DNA of 64,000 nucleotides, from NCBI RefSeq assembly GCF_004010195.1, contig NC_057728.1, positions 43,958,569-44,022,568 of the forward strand. The letters are read 5' to 3'. Made by a program: the position numbers and the translations under genes. The notes below the pieces were generated by a model. It worked only from the letters and a program-made list of their open reading frames with translations, was not told the DNA's origin and made no database searches. Of this stretch, positions 37,566 to 51,720 are shown piece by piece (position 1 is the stretch's first letter; every line of letters starts with the position of its first letter). The stretch comes from Chiloscyllium plagiosum. Taxonomy: Eukaryota.

Positions 37566-40500
37566 TACTCTAATTGGGCATGTTTCTATATGGCAGTGCC
37601 ATGTCAGTCTCACATCTACAGCCTGTATCAATCGCATATATGGGAAATACATTGCATGGGCAAGAACCCAGTGGCCATATCTAGCACTCCAAACTGTACA
37701 TGAGTTTATCGACACCCAGTTCAAATAGATGAGAGTTGGGTGCGGTGATCATTCATTGATTTAGAATTATTGATGTTCGACATGCAAGCACTTTGTTTCA
37801 TTTCCAAGCGACAAAGACAATTTCCCTTTGATCTCTTTTCACTTTGGTGTTGGTGAATAAAAGTTACTATTTTGAAGTGATTGAAGACTTCTCTGTATGT
37901 GATGATGCCACATTGACCAATGTTAAGGTGCTGAGTTACATGGGCATTGGAGAAAGAGAAACATTGACTTAAGAAGATATTGATAAGACATGATATAGCT
38001 ATGGACATGAGAACTTTGTGGTCCAGTGCTTAAACAGCAACAGATGTAGGAATGTGCGTTAAGTGCCAGCCATGCCACATATGTGATAAGCTTTGGTTAG
38101 TAATTGCTATCACACTGCATGCAAGGCGAAGGACAACTCTGGACTGCCAACAATTGACTGGGTGCAAAGCTGAGGGTTAGAGATGTCTCCAGTGCCAGGA
38201 ATTGCAGGATATCCTGACAGTAATGAGTATTTCTGGGTACTGTGAGTGAGACAATTGGGCTAGTGTTGAACTAGCATGGTACCATTGGGATGTAGTTAAT
38301 GAAGAGAACTTGAATTGCATCGAATTAGGTTTATTTTCACATGTACTCACACGGCACCATCCTAGGTACAAAGATACCTCGGTGCAGAATTTTCGGTACA
38401 GAGCAGAAAAATAAAGAAAGTGAAGTTTAAGAAGTTAAATAGTCCTTCTTACTAAAAATTGGAAAACAAAGAAACACAGCTAACAGTTTAACAGCACAAT
38501 CCATAGGTGTCTGGCCATGCTGGGCTCGGACTCCTCACAAGGGGTCAACATCCTCCAATTTGGACTCGATCCTGCCCTTGCTCCCACTGCTGCCCTGGGC
38601 TGCCTGCTCTCGCAACCTAGCAGCCTGTTCCTGCTGCTGCTGCTGCCATAGGAAACCTATTCCATCTCCTGCTACCACCCCCACTGCCTGCTCCCACTCT
38701 CACTGCCAGGTGTCCTGGGCTGCCTGCTCCCACTCTCACCACACCCCGGCTGCCCCAGGCTCCCTACTCCCACTCTCGTCTCAGCAGTCCAAGGCTGCTT
38801 GCTCACAGCCTCAGTGAGAAACCATCCATGAAACTTCATAAAAATGTAACTCCGCCTATTTCTAGCAACATTCACCCCCAAATTATTTAAATTCAAACTT
38901 TCTTTTCTTACTGTTTTCCAAGAGAACTCCATTTTGTACTTTTAACATGGTGGAAAGAAAAGCTGATAGAAAAACAAATATCTAACTTCAAGTTGGCAAA
39001 CCTATTCCAATATATTTCAAGATATAAATTCTTATTCATTATAAATGTAAGTACTGACAGTGTTGGGATGAATACCTGCTGGTGAATTTGTTTTTAACCA
39101 CTTCATTGATAAAATCATAGTACACAATCAGGAGAAGCCAAACATGAAGTCAACCCTAATATTTGTTATACTCTTCAGCTGAAGTTTTATCAGCCCTCTG
39201 CTGTACTGATTTGCACATTTTTATTAGGGAGTTACTCACTGAGGTGCTGATCAGGAGGGTTGGTGGGTGTTCCACTCCTACTTATGACCAGCAGGAGTTA
39301 AAACATATAGGGTGGAATCTTTTCTATCTCTGAACGACTTGGGCATTGAAAAGAAAGTTTGGAAAATTGTCTGAAATGCGAAGTAATGAGATTCCCAATG
39401 TCAAGAGAAAGAAGTTCCCTTTTCTCAACAAGCATTGAATGGTGAGTGATGAGAGGTCTGTTTGCATTGCTTCATTAATATGCAGTTTCCCATTCTCCAA
39501 ATCACAGTTTAGGAACTAAATAGTGACAGTTCCTAATATGATGTTCAGAGCAGTAATCTGGTGACTTCAGCTCATCATTTGCTCTTCTGGCCCTCTATCT
39601 TAGACACCAGACACCAACATGTCAGGATATGCTCTGTGGACATTGACACATGCACCCCCATCTAACAAGACATGTAGGTCACCATCAGCAAAGCAGGGTG
39701 CTGATTTCCCTCTGTCCAACACATATGATGCAATTGACAGGTCTTTTGCATGGCAATTATGGACTGCCAGTGCTTGTCAGATGTGTGGCTGGGCTTTTAT
39801 GATGGAGTTGGTGTCAGTAATCCTGAAATGTCATGAATGTGGCCAATATTTGTCTGTTGTGAGTGGTGGAACATGGTGAGTGGAGCACCATCGGGGCATG
39901 GTGCAATGGTAATGAAGCAAATTTGGGAAGGTAGCATGAGAAACCCATGATGACTCTCAGAAATTCTTCATGAAATATGCTAAACATAACAGTGTCAATT
40001 TCCAGTGAAATTTAGCCTAGAATGACAGACAGTAGAAATTTTTGAAACTAAAGATTTTTAAGAAAATATATGATAACATTTGCAAAAGTAAAGAGATTAA
40101 CATGCTGGATTATGATTAGAAGTTATTTTTAAGCCAAGTACTGTGATCCATTTATGTGGCAAACTTTTATTTTTAATATGCTTAAAATTAGCTATGCATA
40201 TTGAATTAAGTGACTCTGATCAGAACAGTTCTTTGGTATGTTCACCATTCTGTGAAGTAAAGCAGATCAGTGATTTGTATTTGACTTTAGGCTCACTGAA
40301 TGCTTGCTCCTTTCGTCTTCAAAGAGATTAAAAACATTTATGTGCTAAAGACACTATTTATTCGAAGGCACAGGAGCAGAAGTTGTGCAATGCAGTTTTC
40401 TATTTTATTAATTGATAGGGTAATTATTGAAAGTAATACTGTCAGATTGTCGTGAGAGTGATTGATGCTACTGAACTATGGTAGTGATGGTTCGATGTGT

Positions 40501-41479
40501 ACCGGTAGCTGGTAGAATAATCATTAAATAGGAAATTCCCTTGGAAGTTTAAAAAAAAATTCAGACCAAGTTATATGCCTAGGATTTCTAAGTTGCACGC
40601 ACTTTGCCCCAGATTTTCTGCTTTAAATTATGCACTGAGGGATTCGAGTTCCTGAATATGCCCAGTTTAAAGCTGAATGAGTCAATGGTGATACAAATTC
40701 ATGTTGAAAAGCATTCAGAATTGTCAACTTCTAAGGCATTCTATATGAACTAATACATGGATTGTGTTGCAACTGTTTTCAACGGGAAAGAAAACAAAAA
40801 AGTTTTGCAAAAAGATTATACATATTATTGGAGATTTGTTAGAATATGCAGAGGTTTATCCAAAGTTATTTATTATAGAAAACAGTTTTGTTTTATAGGA
40901 GACTGTCCATTCAAAGCTAATTTGTAAGAAAGTAAGTCTTACAAATATTCACATTTTATGTTTTCTATTACTGTAGAACAGCTAAGAAGGTTAGACATTT
41001 GAGTCCTCAATTGCCACTAGCATGTCAAATGTTGTTGGTGTATTGTCCATAACGTTCTAATATATGCTAGGCGTGTGTGAGGACCTAGAATATCAATCCT
41101 CTAGTGATAAGCATCTCCTTTTGAATTTCATTTTGGTATAATTATTCCCTGATGTCGGTTATGCTGATCGAACTACATTTATCTTCAGTTGCCATGGGCT
41201 GATTTTGTGTTTCCCCACCAGTGAGTTTGAAGTTGGTGATTACAACTGGCGACTCATCTATACCCAATCTGTCTGAAATGTTACAGTAGGGCAGAGGAGA
41301 TGTTAGAAACCTACCCAACCTCAGGAAAATTAATGGCCACTTAAGTGCCTCATATTGTTGATGCCAGTATTTTGGTCACATTATGTGGGAAACCTGGGTA
41401 GTAGAGGGGGCTGGATGGCAACAACCTTTGGATGCCACCTCTGCCCATTGGAAGCAGTTCCGTTAAAGGTCATCTCACT

Positions 41480-41850
41480 CCATTCTTAGGGGACTTGACA
41501 AAGCAGATACAGAAATCAATTCCCCTTGTGGGAGAGTCTAGGACCAGAGGGAGCAGAGACTATGATCTTAGAATAAGGAGTCACACATTTAAGGAAGAGT
41601 GAAGGCGGAATTTATTATCTTAGAGGGTAGTGAATCTGTGAAATTCTTTATGCAGAGGGCTATTGAGCTTGAATCATTAAATATACTCAAAGCAGACTCA
41701 GACAGATTTTTAATCAGTAAGGGAATTGAGAGTTATGTGAAAAGGTGGGAAAGTGGAATTGAGGATGATCAGATCAGCCATTATCTCATTGAATGATGGA
41801 GTAGACGTGATACCTGAATGGCCTAATTCTATTTCTACATCGTATGGTTA
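41480..41850 (+). mobile_element. CR1 LINE 3' end (degraded)
   Basis: gagagtctaggaccagagg...gacagatttttaatcagtaagggaat...gatcagatcagccat. Confidence 0.7.
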
Positions 41851-44505
41851 TTACTTTTCCTAGCCTCTTGAATGTATCCTCCAGTCGCCCCATTTACATT
41901 GCCCTTTAACCCAGACTTGCATGTTATTCCTTGTTCCTTAGCATCAGGGACTGCTAGTAGTCTCAGCATTACTGGGACTATGGAGTTGCTGGTCAAAGGG
42001 ATTGAATGGCAGCTTTCTGAGGCGGACTGGGGCAGAAATCTCTCCTTAAAGCAAGTAGCTCTGCTCTCAGCATTAAATTTCTACAGGGCAGCCAACAGGA
42101 TCTTGGTCAGAGGGGATCCTCATCAATAAAGGATCTGGGAGATAGCACCTCTTAAAGTCTAACCCCATGAGAAAATGTGTGAGTAGCATCCTTTAATTGG
42201 TATAGTCCTTATGGTGTTAAGAAAGAAGTACTCTATTATTGACTGAACAACAATAAACAGCTGGTATTATAAAGTCAAGCTATAACAGAGCCAGACTTGG
42301 AGATGATTGTGAAGGTGATTGTTTTACTATGATCTTGTGAATATTGTATTTTTTGGTTTCAAGCTTTCGGAGACACTGTCAGAAAAAAAGTTTGACAAGT
42401 AGTTGCAGATCATTCCATGGATGCCCTCAAACTGTGCCGGTAGATGTTTGCACTCATTGTTCTCCATCCATTTGAGCTCCTGATCTCAGGGGACTCAGAC
42501 TAGAAATATGCTGAAATAGAAACAGAAATTATTGGAAATACTCAGCAGGGCAGGCAGCATTTATGGAGAGAAAAAGAGAGTTAAGGGGCTGGATTTAATG
42601 GATCCCACTGATGTGAGCTAAATAGTGAGCATAATTTCAGGGAAGACCACATTTTCTTTTCCCATCAGCAGGAAATCAATGGTTAATTAATAATCAATGG
42701 GTGAATTGGACTGACGCAGGAAACCCATCCGTTAATTAATTTGGTTCACTAATATGTCACTTAAGGGTCATTATCCATGAACCTACCAAGATTTAGTGGT
42801 GGTTCAGGGATTCTCCTGAGTTTGTATAGATTCCCATGTCTCCTGAAGGCTGCTCAGCAAAAACATTTGGATTTTCCAGTGGCTTTCCTGGGTGGTCCCT
42901 CTTTCAAAGACACTTGCTGTCAGTCAAAAGACCCCAGGCCTCTGGTAGGCGCAACAGTGATGGCAGTCACTGTTCCCAGTGGGGCTGCTGGAAATTGGAA
43001 AGGAAAATTGGACTGGCAGCTCTTGTTAGTGAGTGGGAATAATGTTTATGTCACTGAGGTTCTCAATCCAGTCAGTGAAATGACAAATATTTAAATTAAT
43101 TGAGCCTCCCTCACCAGTGTGTCAGGTTGATGACCCTTCTTCACATGCTACATGAACAGCTAAATATTTCTAGCAGTTTTTGTTTTTGTCCAAGATTTCC
43201 AGCATGTGCAGTGATTTGCTTCTACAGAAATGTGCTGAATTTATGCCAGTTTTGTTTCTGTGGACAGGAAGCAAAAATCTATTCAATCTGCTTTCAGGAA
43301 TCTACTAAAGTCAGATTTAAGTTATCTTGAGCAGATAACTAACTCCCTTAAATTGGATTTGGAGTATATTGTGGCAAGTTGTGAAAAAGTAAAAATAAAC
43401 ATAAATTAATAAATATCCTTTCCCTCTTCCTATAAAAATTTGGAATGCTAACCTATTGAATTTGATTGTTTGTTTTTGACACTAAGTTGTTTCTAATTTT
43501 AAAATCAGATATTTTCACCTTCACTTAATTAGGAAACCAACAAGACGTTTTTTAAATTTTAGCAGACTCCTTAATAACTTAAATGTAAATCCACATTGAA
43601 TTAATAGCTTTTTTTAAGAACTTTACTGTGGTATTGTAAATGAACAACTGAGTGTCCTGATGCTGAAGTTTTTATTTTTGTTTCAAACTATTACAATTAG
43701 CGAAGTACTTATCAATTATAATAGAAGAACTGGAGAAATCAATTGGTTCTCAACAAATAGATACTCATCTGGATTTATTTAAAGGAAAGAATTGGCACCT
43801 TCCTCTGTACCTCTCTTGTTACAGAATTTTAATGAAGCCAGCGGCAAAGGTTACCTACCGGATAAATTGCATCAAGCAATCTCTCTTCATTTTTTTTCAA
43901 AAGAATGACAATGTAAATTGGTTCACTTTTACCCACATGTTAGTCAACAGCAACAATTTACATTTGTATAGGGCCTCTATTACTGTAATACATTCTAAAG
44001 TGCTTTCTTCATGAATATTCTTAAACACAAAAAGACTTCTTTAACTTGATTATTGCAATCATTAATCAGTCTACTTTATTCTGAGCAGATGGCCTAACGA
44101 TAAAAGTAGAATAAATGATAACCTCATTTTTATTGTCCAGAGAATCCATGATATTGGCATCTGTTGTTTTAGTTAAAGACACAAAAAATGGCAGGGTATC
44201 GGCTTTGGGTGCTGAAAATTGACTTCCTAAAGTTTGAGTTGGATTGAAACTATCAGAAAGACCTTCTTTAAGGTGTAGCAAAATTGCAGCGATGTGCAAG
44301 AAGACCTATCTTTGATTTTTTTTTTGTTTCCAACAAAGGATTGAGCTGCACAGACGTCTGTTAAAGCAGAATAAGGTATTATCATTCTCACCAGAATTTG
44401 GATATGACTAGGGGTTAAGAACAAAGAACATTAGGCCTTCCTATATGTTGACAAATTTCTTATTTATATCCTATAGTTATGGTTTTCTCAATTATATGAT
44501 ACAAA

Positions 44506-47310
44506 GAGCAGAATATTCCCTGGCACAGATAAATGTGAACATTGGTGTGAAAGTTGGGATAATCACGTGAAACAGACAGCAAGAAACTTCTTGACATTAG
44601 GAGTAAAAAGCCTAATTTTCCAACCCAGTGATGAGCAGTGAGATGAGATTCTCACTGGTGAGCAATGAAAGGCCTGTTTGCAAGCATTAATCGCACCTGG
44701 TTATTATGCAGTTCTCTCATTCTCACATTTGCTGGTTAGAAGCTAGATGGTGAAATTTCTTGATACAACAATCAAGAGTAGTTACCCAGCGATTCCAGAT
44801 CAGTGCCCACACACAGTCCCTGCCCATGGGTGTTGGCACCCAATACATTACCAGCCTCACCATATCATCATGGCACATCTCTGATCCACTTGCAAGACAA
44901 TTCCGAGCTTGCATGCTTCACTTTAGAACACGCTTGTAACTTTCAATTAAGTTCTGCTTTAAGAACATTTTGTGTGCAGGGACAAGCACTCATCTCATGA
45001 TTTGGAACAACTTTCAAGGTCATTGCTTTCCCTTGTAGAGTTTGCTTGCTTAGTGATTCTGGATGCTCACAGCATCCTTGCCTTGCCTTACATTTTTGCA
45101 CTTTACTCCTTAAACCAGAGCTTAAAGGCTCACGGTACTTCTGTTTTGCCTTACTGTTCAGCACAGGAACAAAGCTGGACAGCTTTTCATGGTTGTCAGC
45201 AGTCATCAGACAAGGGATGGGTTTATTGCTGCATAGCACATTGTTACATCAGCTCACATCTGCACCGTGTGCCAGCGGAGTACAAAGCAAGCAAACTCTA
45301 TATGTATCAACCAAGTGGTTATTGTCTCAAAGTCTGTGGGAGTACTTCTTGGTCAAGTTTAGGCTGACAGCCTTTAGTCAGGTACTCAAGCTGAGTAAAT
45401 CAAGAGCATCCTTTGATATCAGTTCAGGGGCTTGGCACAGTCGGTTGACTGCTTGGTTGGTGAACTCCATACCTCTACAGTCCAGGGAGTGAGCCAGATC
45501 AACCCTATGGCTCCAGTGCAAATGGTTTGGGGCATCATGTGCCCCTGTGGTGCACAGAGATCAGTCATTAGTCAGGGCTGTCCATCCAACTCAGTCAAGG
45601 GGGTGGGCCTCATTTAGTCCTGGGGTCTTATCCATTAACAAACAAAGGGGTGGGAGGGGTAGTTGTCAGGGCCCAATGCTGTGAAATGGATGCTGTGAAA
45701 CTCAATTCTATGGATTGAGGCAGCATGCTGGGGTACAGAGGGTATAGCGATTACGAAGGGGAGAGATAATGGACCATGGCAGGGAGAGGGATAATCCGGA
45801 AGGTGGGGGCATCTGCAAGAACTGGCTGCAACAGTGGTGTATTGCCTGACTATATCTGGCTTGTTGACTGGATAGGCCTCAGGCTTGGGCTAAAATGGGC
45901 AGGTAAGTAGTTGACCGTTTGGTTGAGAACATGTGGAACTTTAAGCCGATGGGGTTGACTGGACTACTGAGAAGAGAGTATCTACATTTTGGGGTTCACT
46001 AACTTAAAAGACTGAACGTGAAACTCACTGCTTGAAGTGTAACTGCAGTCTCCTTCCATTATAATACTAATAGCAAGTGTGCAATTGAGCTAAAAATGGA
46101 AGACAACACATCAGGAATTGACAGACTAACTGTTTGCTTCTGAGAGTTAGGTTTCATTTTCGAGCAATGTGAGGCCACTCAAAATAGCATTGCACAAGCA
46201 TCCATACAATTCAGGTGAAAGACACCTGTAGGCACTGCATACTATGTGAACATGAACCTGCTGTGTGGACTACATCTCCTGGCTCCAAACACTCCTTACT
46301 ACTTTAATCATTACTAATCAAACCCATGAATTCCTATGACACACAAGCAATGTATTGCAAGAAAGATCCCCCCCAATTGACAAAGTAGTCAGCACTTACC
46401 AAGTTCCCGTATGATATAGGAGTTGTGCACTTCAAACCTTGGACTATAATAGCTGTGTAGCACACAAGGTGGCTAAAATCTGCAATGTTGTAGTTGCTGC
46501 TAGAAAGACATTCACTCGGGCAGCTGATGCTGGAAAGTAAACATTTATAATATGAGAACATATTTACAGTAATGCATCATCCATGCCACCTATGTGCTCT
46601 TAGATGTTTTAGTCTTTCTTTGTCTCCCACTATGTCTCAGTGCAGTCCAGGCTCCGTAGGCTAGAGTGGAGGGAGCCTGAAGTTTTGATTAGATGATCCC
46701 TGGGCCTGGGCTGTTGTAGCTAGAGGGTCCAGACTTGCTGAATGTGTGTGTGACTTCCAGGTGCACCCTTCTTGGCTTGAATTCCCACAGAGCTGAGGGC
46801 AGCAGACAGGTTGGAAGTGAAAGGGCTGGCCCCCTTAGGAGTGTCATGAGAGCAAACTTTTGAGGCCTGTATGGGGTTCCTTCTCCAGCTGGGTGCATAC
46901 TGACACCACATTGGTCCTCGTGCAGAAGAAGAACCTGGTCTGAAGTCAAGGTCCTTGATCTCTCTGTCGCTTTGCTGCTCATGCCGAGCCCCAATGCCTA
47001 AAGCGAAGGAGTGCATCTCCATGCCTGTACCCTGCAGGCACTGAATGTGCTGGACTTAGCTCTCCATGGCAGCCTCTAACCTGTCCATGAGGTAGGGGAA
47101 AGAGAACAGACCTCCTCTGAGGTGCCCTGTTTACCTGTCCCTCCAGCTCCCTGTCTGCAAAACATAACATGCAATTTGCCTTTGTCTGGTCGCGTCATGC
47201 GCAATTCACATGGACTGTGCAGGGCAGATCCAGATTGATTCCTATAGTGTTGATGAGCTTAGTTACTTAAATCTAATCCACATATTCTATTCAATTAAGT
47301 CTGATGTCAC
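44506..47310. mobile_element. Old DNA-transposon-like remnant, possibly PIF/Harbinger
   Basis: The left end is similar to 36250 and 39310 (gagcagaat..., ttttccaac..., tgagattctc.ct.gtgag). Minus peptide CFADRELEGQVNRAPQRRSVLFP resembles the start of a Myb/SANT-like domain. Boundaries approximate. Confidence 0.4.
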
Positions 47311-48483
47311 TCCATGGGAAAGACTGAAACAACATTTAAAAACCAGTGTTCTAAATGTAGTGACATTTTTATTTGCTCCGGTTCTTCAAGTTATTTTTTT
47401 TCAAAACCTATATAATTTGCTGAAAAAAAATCTGTTTATTGTTTAATATGCACTGTGGGACATAATTAAGCTAAGAATTAAGCATGGTAAGGTTACAACC
47501 AAACAGAACAAAAGGACCCAGGCCTCTTATTACAAATGTTGGTAATTATAGTTATTTTTATACCTTGTCTTCCAAGCACCAGTAAAGAATCTGATCATTT
47601 ATAGAATAGTTGTAGCTCAACTTCTTGCACTGTGCAACTTGATAAATCAGCAAGTACACTTTAGGAAGTAATGCAATCAATACATAATATAGAAAATTGC
47701 AAATTAATAAGATGAATTGTTCATCTCACGCAAAATAATTTGAAGTGGAATTCTAATGAAGACTCAGCAGATTCCAAATGTGAATTCTGCTTTCTCTCCA
47801 AAGATGCTGCCGGACCTGCTGAGTTTTACCAGTAATTTCTCTTTGTTTTAGATCTCTGGCATCTGCAGTTCTTTGTTTTATGAAATGGAGAGAATTGTAC
47901 AAAATGACCTGGAGGCCTGTCTATATCTAGCGACTTGTGGAAGGACAATGAGATGCTAATTATCAGTAATGTATATTCCTGTACAGCACTTAAAGTTTTC
48001 AATTTAGTTTGTATCCATCATTTATGGAAGTTGTTCCTCATGTTCTAAAAGATCAGGCTCTCTTGCGTTTGATTGGCCAAAATAGTCATTATCTATTTGT
48101 TAACTACATATATTTGCTGAAATGTAGACAAGGAAGAAACATTACCCAACACAAAAGAACACACTCCATTTGGAAAAATAAATAACTGATCAAGTTACTC
48201 AAATGTTTTCAAAGTGGTCAGACAGGAAACAGCAACTGCCACATTTTGTCAAACTTGCATACATAACCATGCTGTTTCTTCAGCCAACTGATTATATATG
48301 GTTGGCAATAAAGGTTATAATGTAAAAACAATCAGTCATTACCCATCATTAAACATGCCCATAAAATGGCTGCTGTTCTGTTGTAAATTTATCCAAAAGA
48401 TGTACTTTAAGGGCTTGACCGCCCTTGAGCTTGTCTGCAAGTAATCCTATATCTCAAGTCTTCCTTACTCCAGATTACATTTG

Positions 48484-48865
48484 GGGGAGGAGATGGCCTA
48501 ATGGTATAATCACTAGACTATTAATCTAGAAACTCAGCTGATGTTGTGGGGACCTAGGTTTGAATCTAGTCTCGGTGAGGTTTGAATTCAATGCGGAGAA
48601 AATAAAATCCTGGAAATAAGAATCTACTGATGACCATGAAATCATTGCCAATTGTCAGGAAAAACCCATCTGGTTCACTAATGTCCTTCAGGGAAGGAAA
48701 TCTCTCATCCTTACCTGGCCTGGCCTACATGTGACTCTAGAACCACAACAATGTGGTTGGCTCCCAACTGCCTTCTGAAATTACCTTGCAAGCCATTTAG
48801 TTCAAGGGCAACTAGGGATAGACAATAAATGATGGCCAATTAGTGATCCCCATGTCCCATGAGCA
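48484..48865 (+). mobile_element. tRNA-derived SINE with LINE-like tail
   Basis: tggcctaatgg A-box-like and ggtttgaatc B-box-like motifs; core aaacccatctggttcactaatgtcctt.agggaaggaaat shared with the 54027 and 56912 copies. Confidence 0.75.
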
Positions 48866-49119
48866 AATTTTTAAAAAAATACCCCTAATTCTTCCCGTCC
48901 TTGCCTTCCCATGTGCCGGTGCTTCCTCTTGGCCACAATGTCAACCTCAGCGCTGCTTAGTATAAACCTCACTTCCACCTACACATCTTTTCACCTTTCT
49001 AACTGCCTTCTCTTTTTAATCCAGATACTTTTCTCTAAATGTGGTATATATCTATTGCCTTGTGATGCACACCACACTTTTAAGAATGGCAAGCAACATA
49101 TTGTAAGTGCATCAACAGT

Positions 49120-49700
49120 GCATATAAGAAAAGGCCAGAGACAGGGAATTATCCAGTGAGTAACTGGATAATTCTCCTGAGGTTTGTCACCATCAATAAA
49201 ACACAAGTCAAGTGTATAATGACAGGTTCCCCACTTACCTAGATGAGTGCAACTCCAGCAACACTCAAGAACTTCGGCATAATGCAAGACAAAGCAGCCT
49301 GCTCTATCAGAACCCCATTGTTAACTTTAAACATTCATTCACTGTACAACCAATGCACCATGACAGCAGTGCATACAATCAACAGGATGAACAGCAAAAT
49401 CTTCCAAACCTCCAACCTCTACTTTATAGAATGTCAAAGTGAGCAGATACATGGGAACAACATCATCTGTAAGTTTGTCTCCAAGCCACACACTCTTCAC
49501 TTCAACCTATGTTGCTGCTGTTTCAATATTGCTGGGTCAACAACTTGGAACTCCATTTCAAACAACAATGTGGATGTACCTACAGCAGATGAACTACAGC
49601 AGTTCAAGAAGGTGTCTCACCGTTGCCTTCTTAAGCGAATTTAAGGTTGGACATCAATTTTTATCCTTTCCACTACTAGCAATATTCATATGTCTGGAAT
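49120..49700 (+). mobile_element. Degraded LINE (CR1/L2 group) 3' portion
   Basis: Peptide remnants MSATPATLKNFGIMQDKAAC and WNSISNN...LQQFKK; reverse-complement similarity to 28610-29200. Confidence 0.6.
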
Positions 49701-49949
49701 GAATAAAAAAAGCTAAAAAACATGAGTGGTGTGCTGTCATTGAGAATGGAGATAAAAAAAGGGAGGAAAAGAAACTTCAAAGAACAAGTAGAAATGCAAA
49801 ACATTGCGAAAAGCAGTCAGATATAATAAGTTGGAACTTATACCACTGTTATGTAGATTTTTGGCTGAAAATTTACATTTTACCATGTTTGGGTGCATTG
49901 ATATGCATGTGATAAACTCAGGTTTTTGTGATTTTTAACTGAAAACATT

Positions 49950-50365
49950 GTCAGCCCAAGTCCTTTGAGGCTCACACCCTGTTCTATCAGTAATATGATA
50001 ATGGCTGATCATCCAACTCAGTACCCTGTTCCTGATTTCTCTCCTTACCCTTTGATACATTTATCCTTAGGAACTATATCTAGCTTCTTGAAAGCATTCA
50101 ATGTATTGACCTCAACCGCTTCCTGTGACAGAGAATTTCACAGGCTCTAGGTGAAGAAATATTTGTCCTCATCTCCATCCTAAATGTCCTAACCCATATG
50201 TTTAGCATGTGGCCACTGGTTCTGGACTCCCTGGTCATTGGGAATGTTGTTCCTACATTTACTCTGAATCTATATCTGTTGGAATTTTATAGGTTTCTAT
50301 GAGATCCTGCCTCATTCTTCTAAACTATCATGAATAGTGTCCTAACCAGTCCAGTTTATCTTCAT
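49950..50365 (-). mobile_element. CR1 LINE 3' end
   Basis: atggctgatcatcc...agagaatttcacagg...gtgaagaaat; reverse complement of a CR1 tail. Confidence 0.7.
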
Positions 50366-51121
50366 TATTACTGATGAAAAGCTTATGCTCAAAATGTCGA
50401 TTCTCCTGCTCCTTGGATGCTGCCTCATTGTACGCTTGCTACCCTGTCCTTCTCGGTTGTACACGTTGCAGATTTGGAAGATGCTGTCCAAGGACCCTTG
50501 CTCAGTTGTTGCAGTGCACCATGAATTGGTAGAGGAGAGAGTAACAGTCAAAAGTGTTGGATGGGGTGCTGGATGGTATTGAGCTTCTTGAGTGTCATTT
50601 CAGAGAGTATTTCAGCAGACCCCTGACTTATGCCTTGGAGACTATGGATGGGCTTTGAACTGGGTGATAAAGTGAATTACTTACTGCAGAATTACTGACC
50701 ATCTCTTGTAATGGCAGTGTTTATGTTGCAGGTCCAGTTAAGTTTCTGGTCTAGAATAGTAGAAAAATAAAGAAATAGGTTATGGTTTACATTAAAGTCA
50801 ACAGATATGCAATAGCCGTCATTTTTAGTTGTTTCATCAATTGCTGTCCCTCCACCATCATTTCAGAGGTAGGGATATTCATTGTGCAATCATCAATGTT
50901 CAGCATCATTTACGACTCCCCAGATATTTAAATTCCTTATTAAATAAAGGAATATGGTAAAAGCTCAACAGTCTTTGATGAATCCTCTGCTTATCTCGCT
51001 CTCTGGGAGGTCTTAGCTGTTTGTTCTTGAAGCAGATACTGTTGCTGTTGCTGAGACTGCCACTTTTCCATTCTCCCCCAGTGTCTTGGGAACATGCTCT
51101 CGCAGGATCAACTCACATGCC

Positions 51122-51720
51122 AAGCTGAGACACCACCATGAGCCACCAAGAGACTGACCGATATACTGCTGGGAGCCACCGAGAGACCAGGCCCAGGACC
51201 TGTCACGAGCTACCTAGAGATCAGGCTGAGACCCCCCACAACCTGCTAGTAGACCAAGCCAAGACCTGCCATGAACCACAAAGAGATCAGGCTGAGAACA
51301 GGCCGAAACCTGCCACAAGCTGCTGAGAGACCAGGCTGAGAGATGCCAAAAGACCAGGCTGAGACCTGCCGTGAACTGCTGAGAGAGCAGGCCGGGACCT
51401 GCCACGAACCACAAAGAGATCAGGCTGAGAGACTAGGCTGAGACCTGTCATGAGCTGCCGAGAGATCAGGCTGAGGGCCACCATGTCATCAAGAGACCAG
51501 ACCTGGGACCCACCTTAAGCCTTTGGGAGACCAGGCTGAGACACGCCACAAACTGCTGAGAAACCAGGATGGGTTCCGCCAGGAGCTGACGAGAGACCAG
51601 ACCTGGGACCTACCATGAGCTGCCGAGACACCAGGTCCTAGACCTGTCACAAGCCATCGAGAGACTGGGCTGAGAGCCATCTTGCTGCCGAGCCACCGGG
51701 AGACCGGGCCCGGACCCATC
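51122..51720. repeat. Degenerate GC-rich minisatellite, unit about 33 bp
   Basis: Approximate consensus GAGAGACCAGGCTGAGACCTGCCATGAGCTGCC, repeated with variants and partial units. Confidence 0.85.

Noticed and set aside
44943..45492. Overlapping 98-148 aa ORFs
   Set aside because: They lie in a decayed repeat shared with about 37075-37215 and show no recognisable intact domain.
51122..51720. CRISPR-like array
   Set aside because: Units are degenerate and contiguous with no unique spacers, there are no cas genes, and the context is a vertebrate intron.
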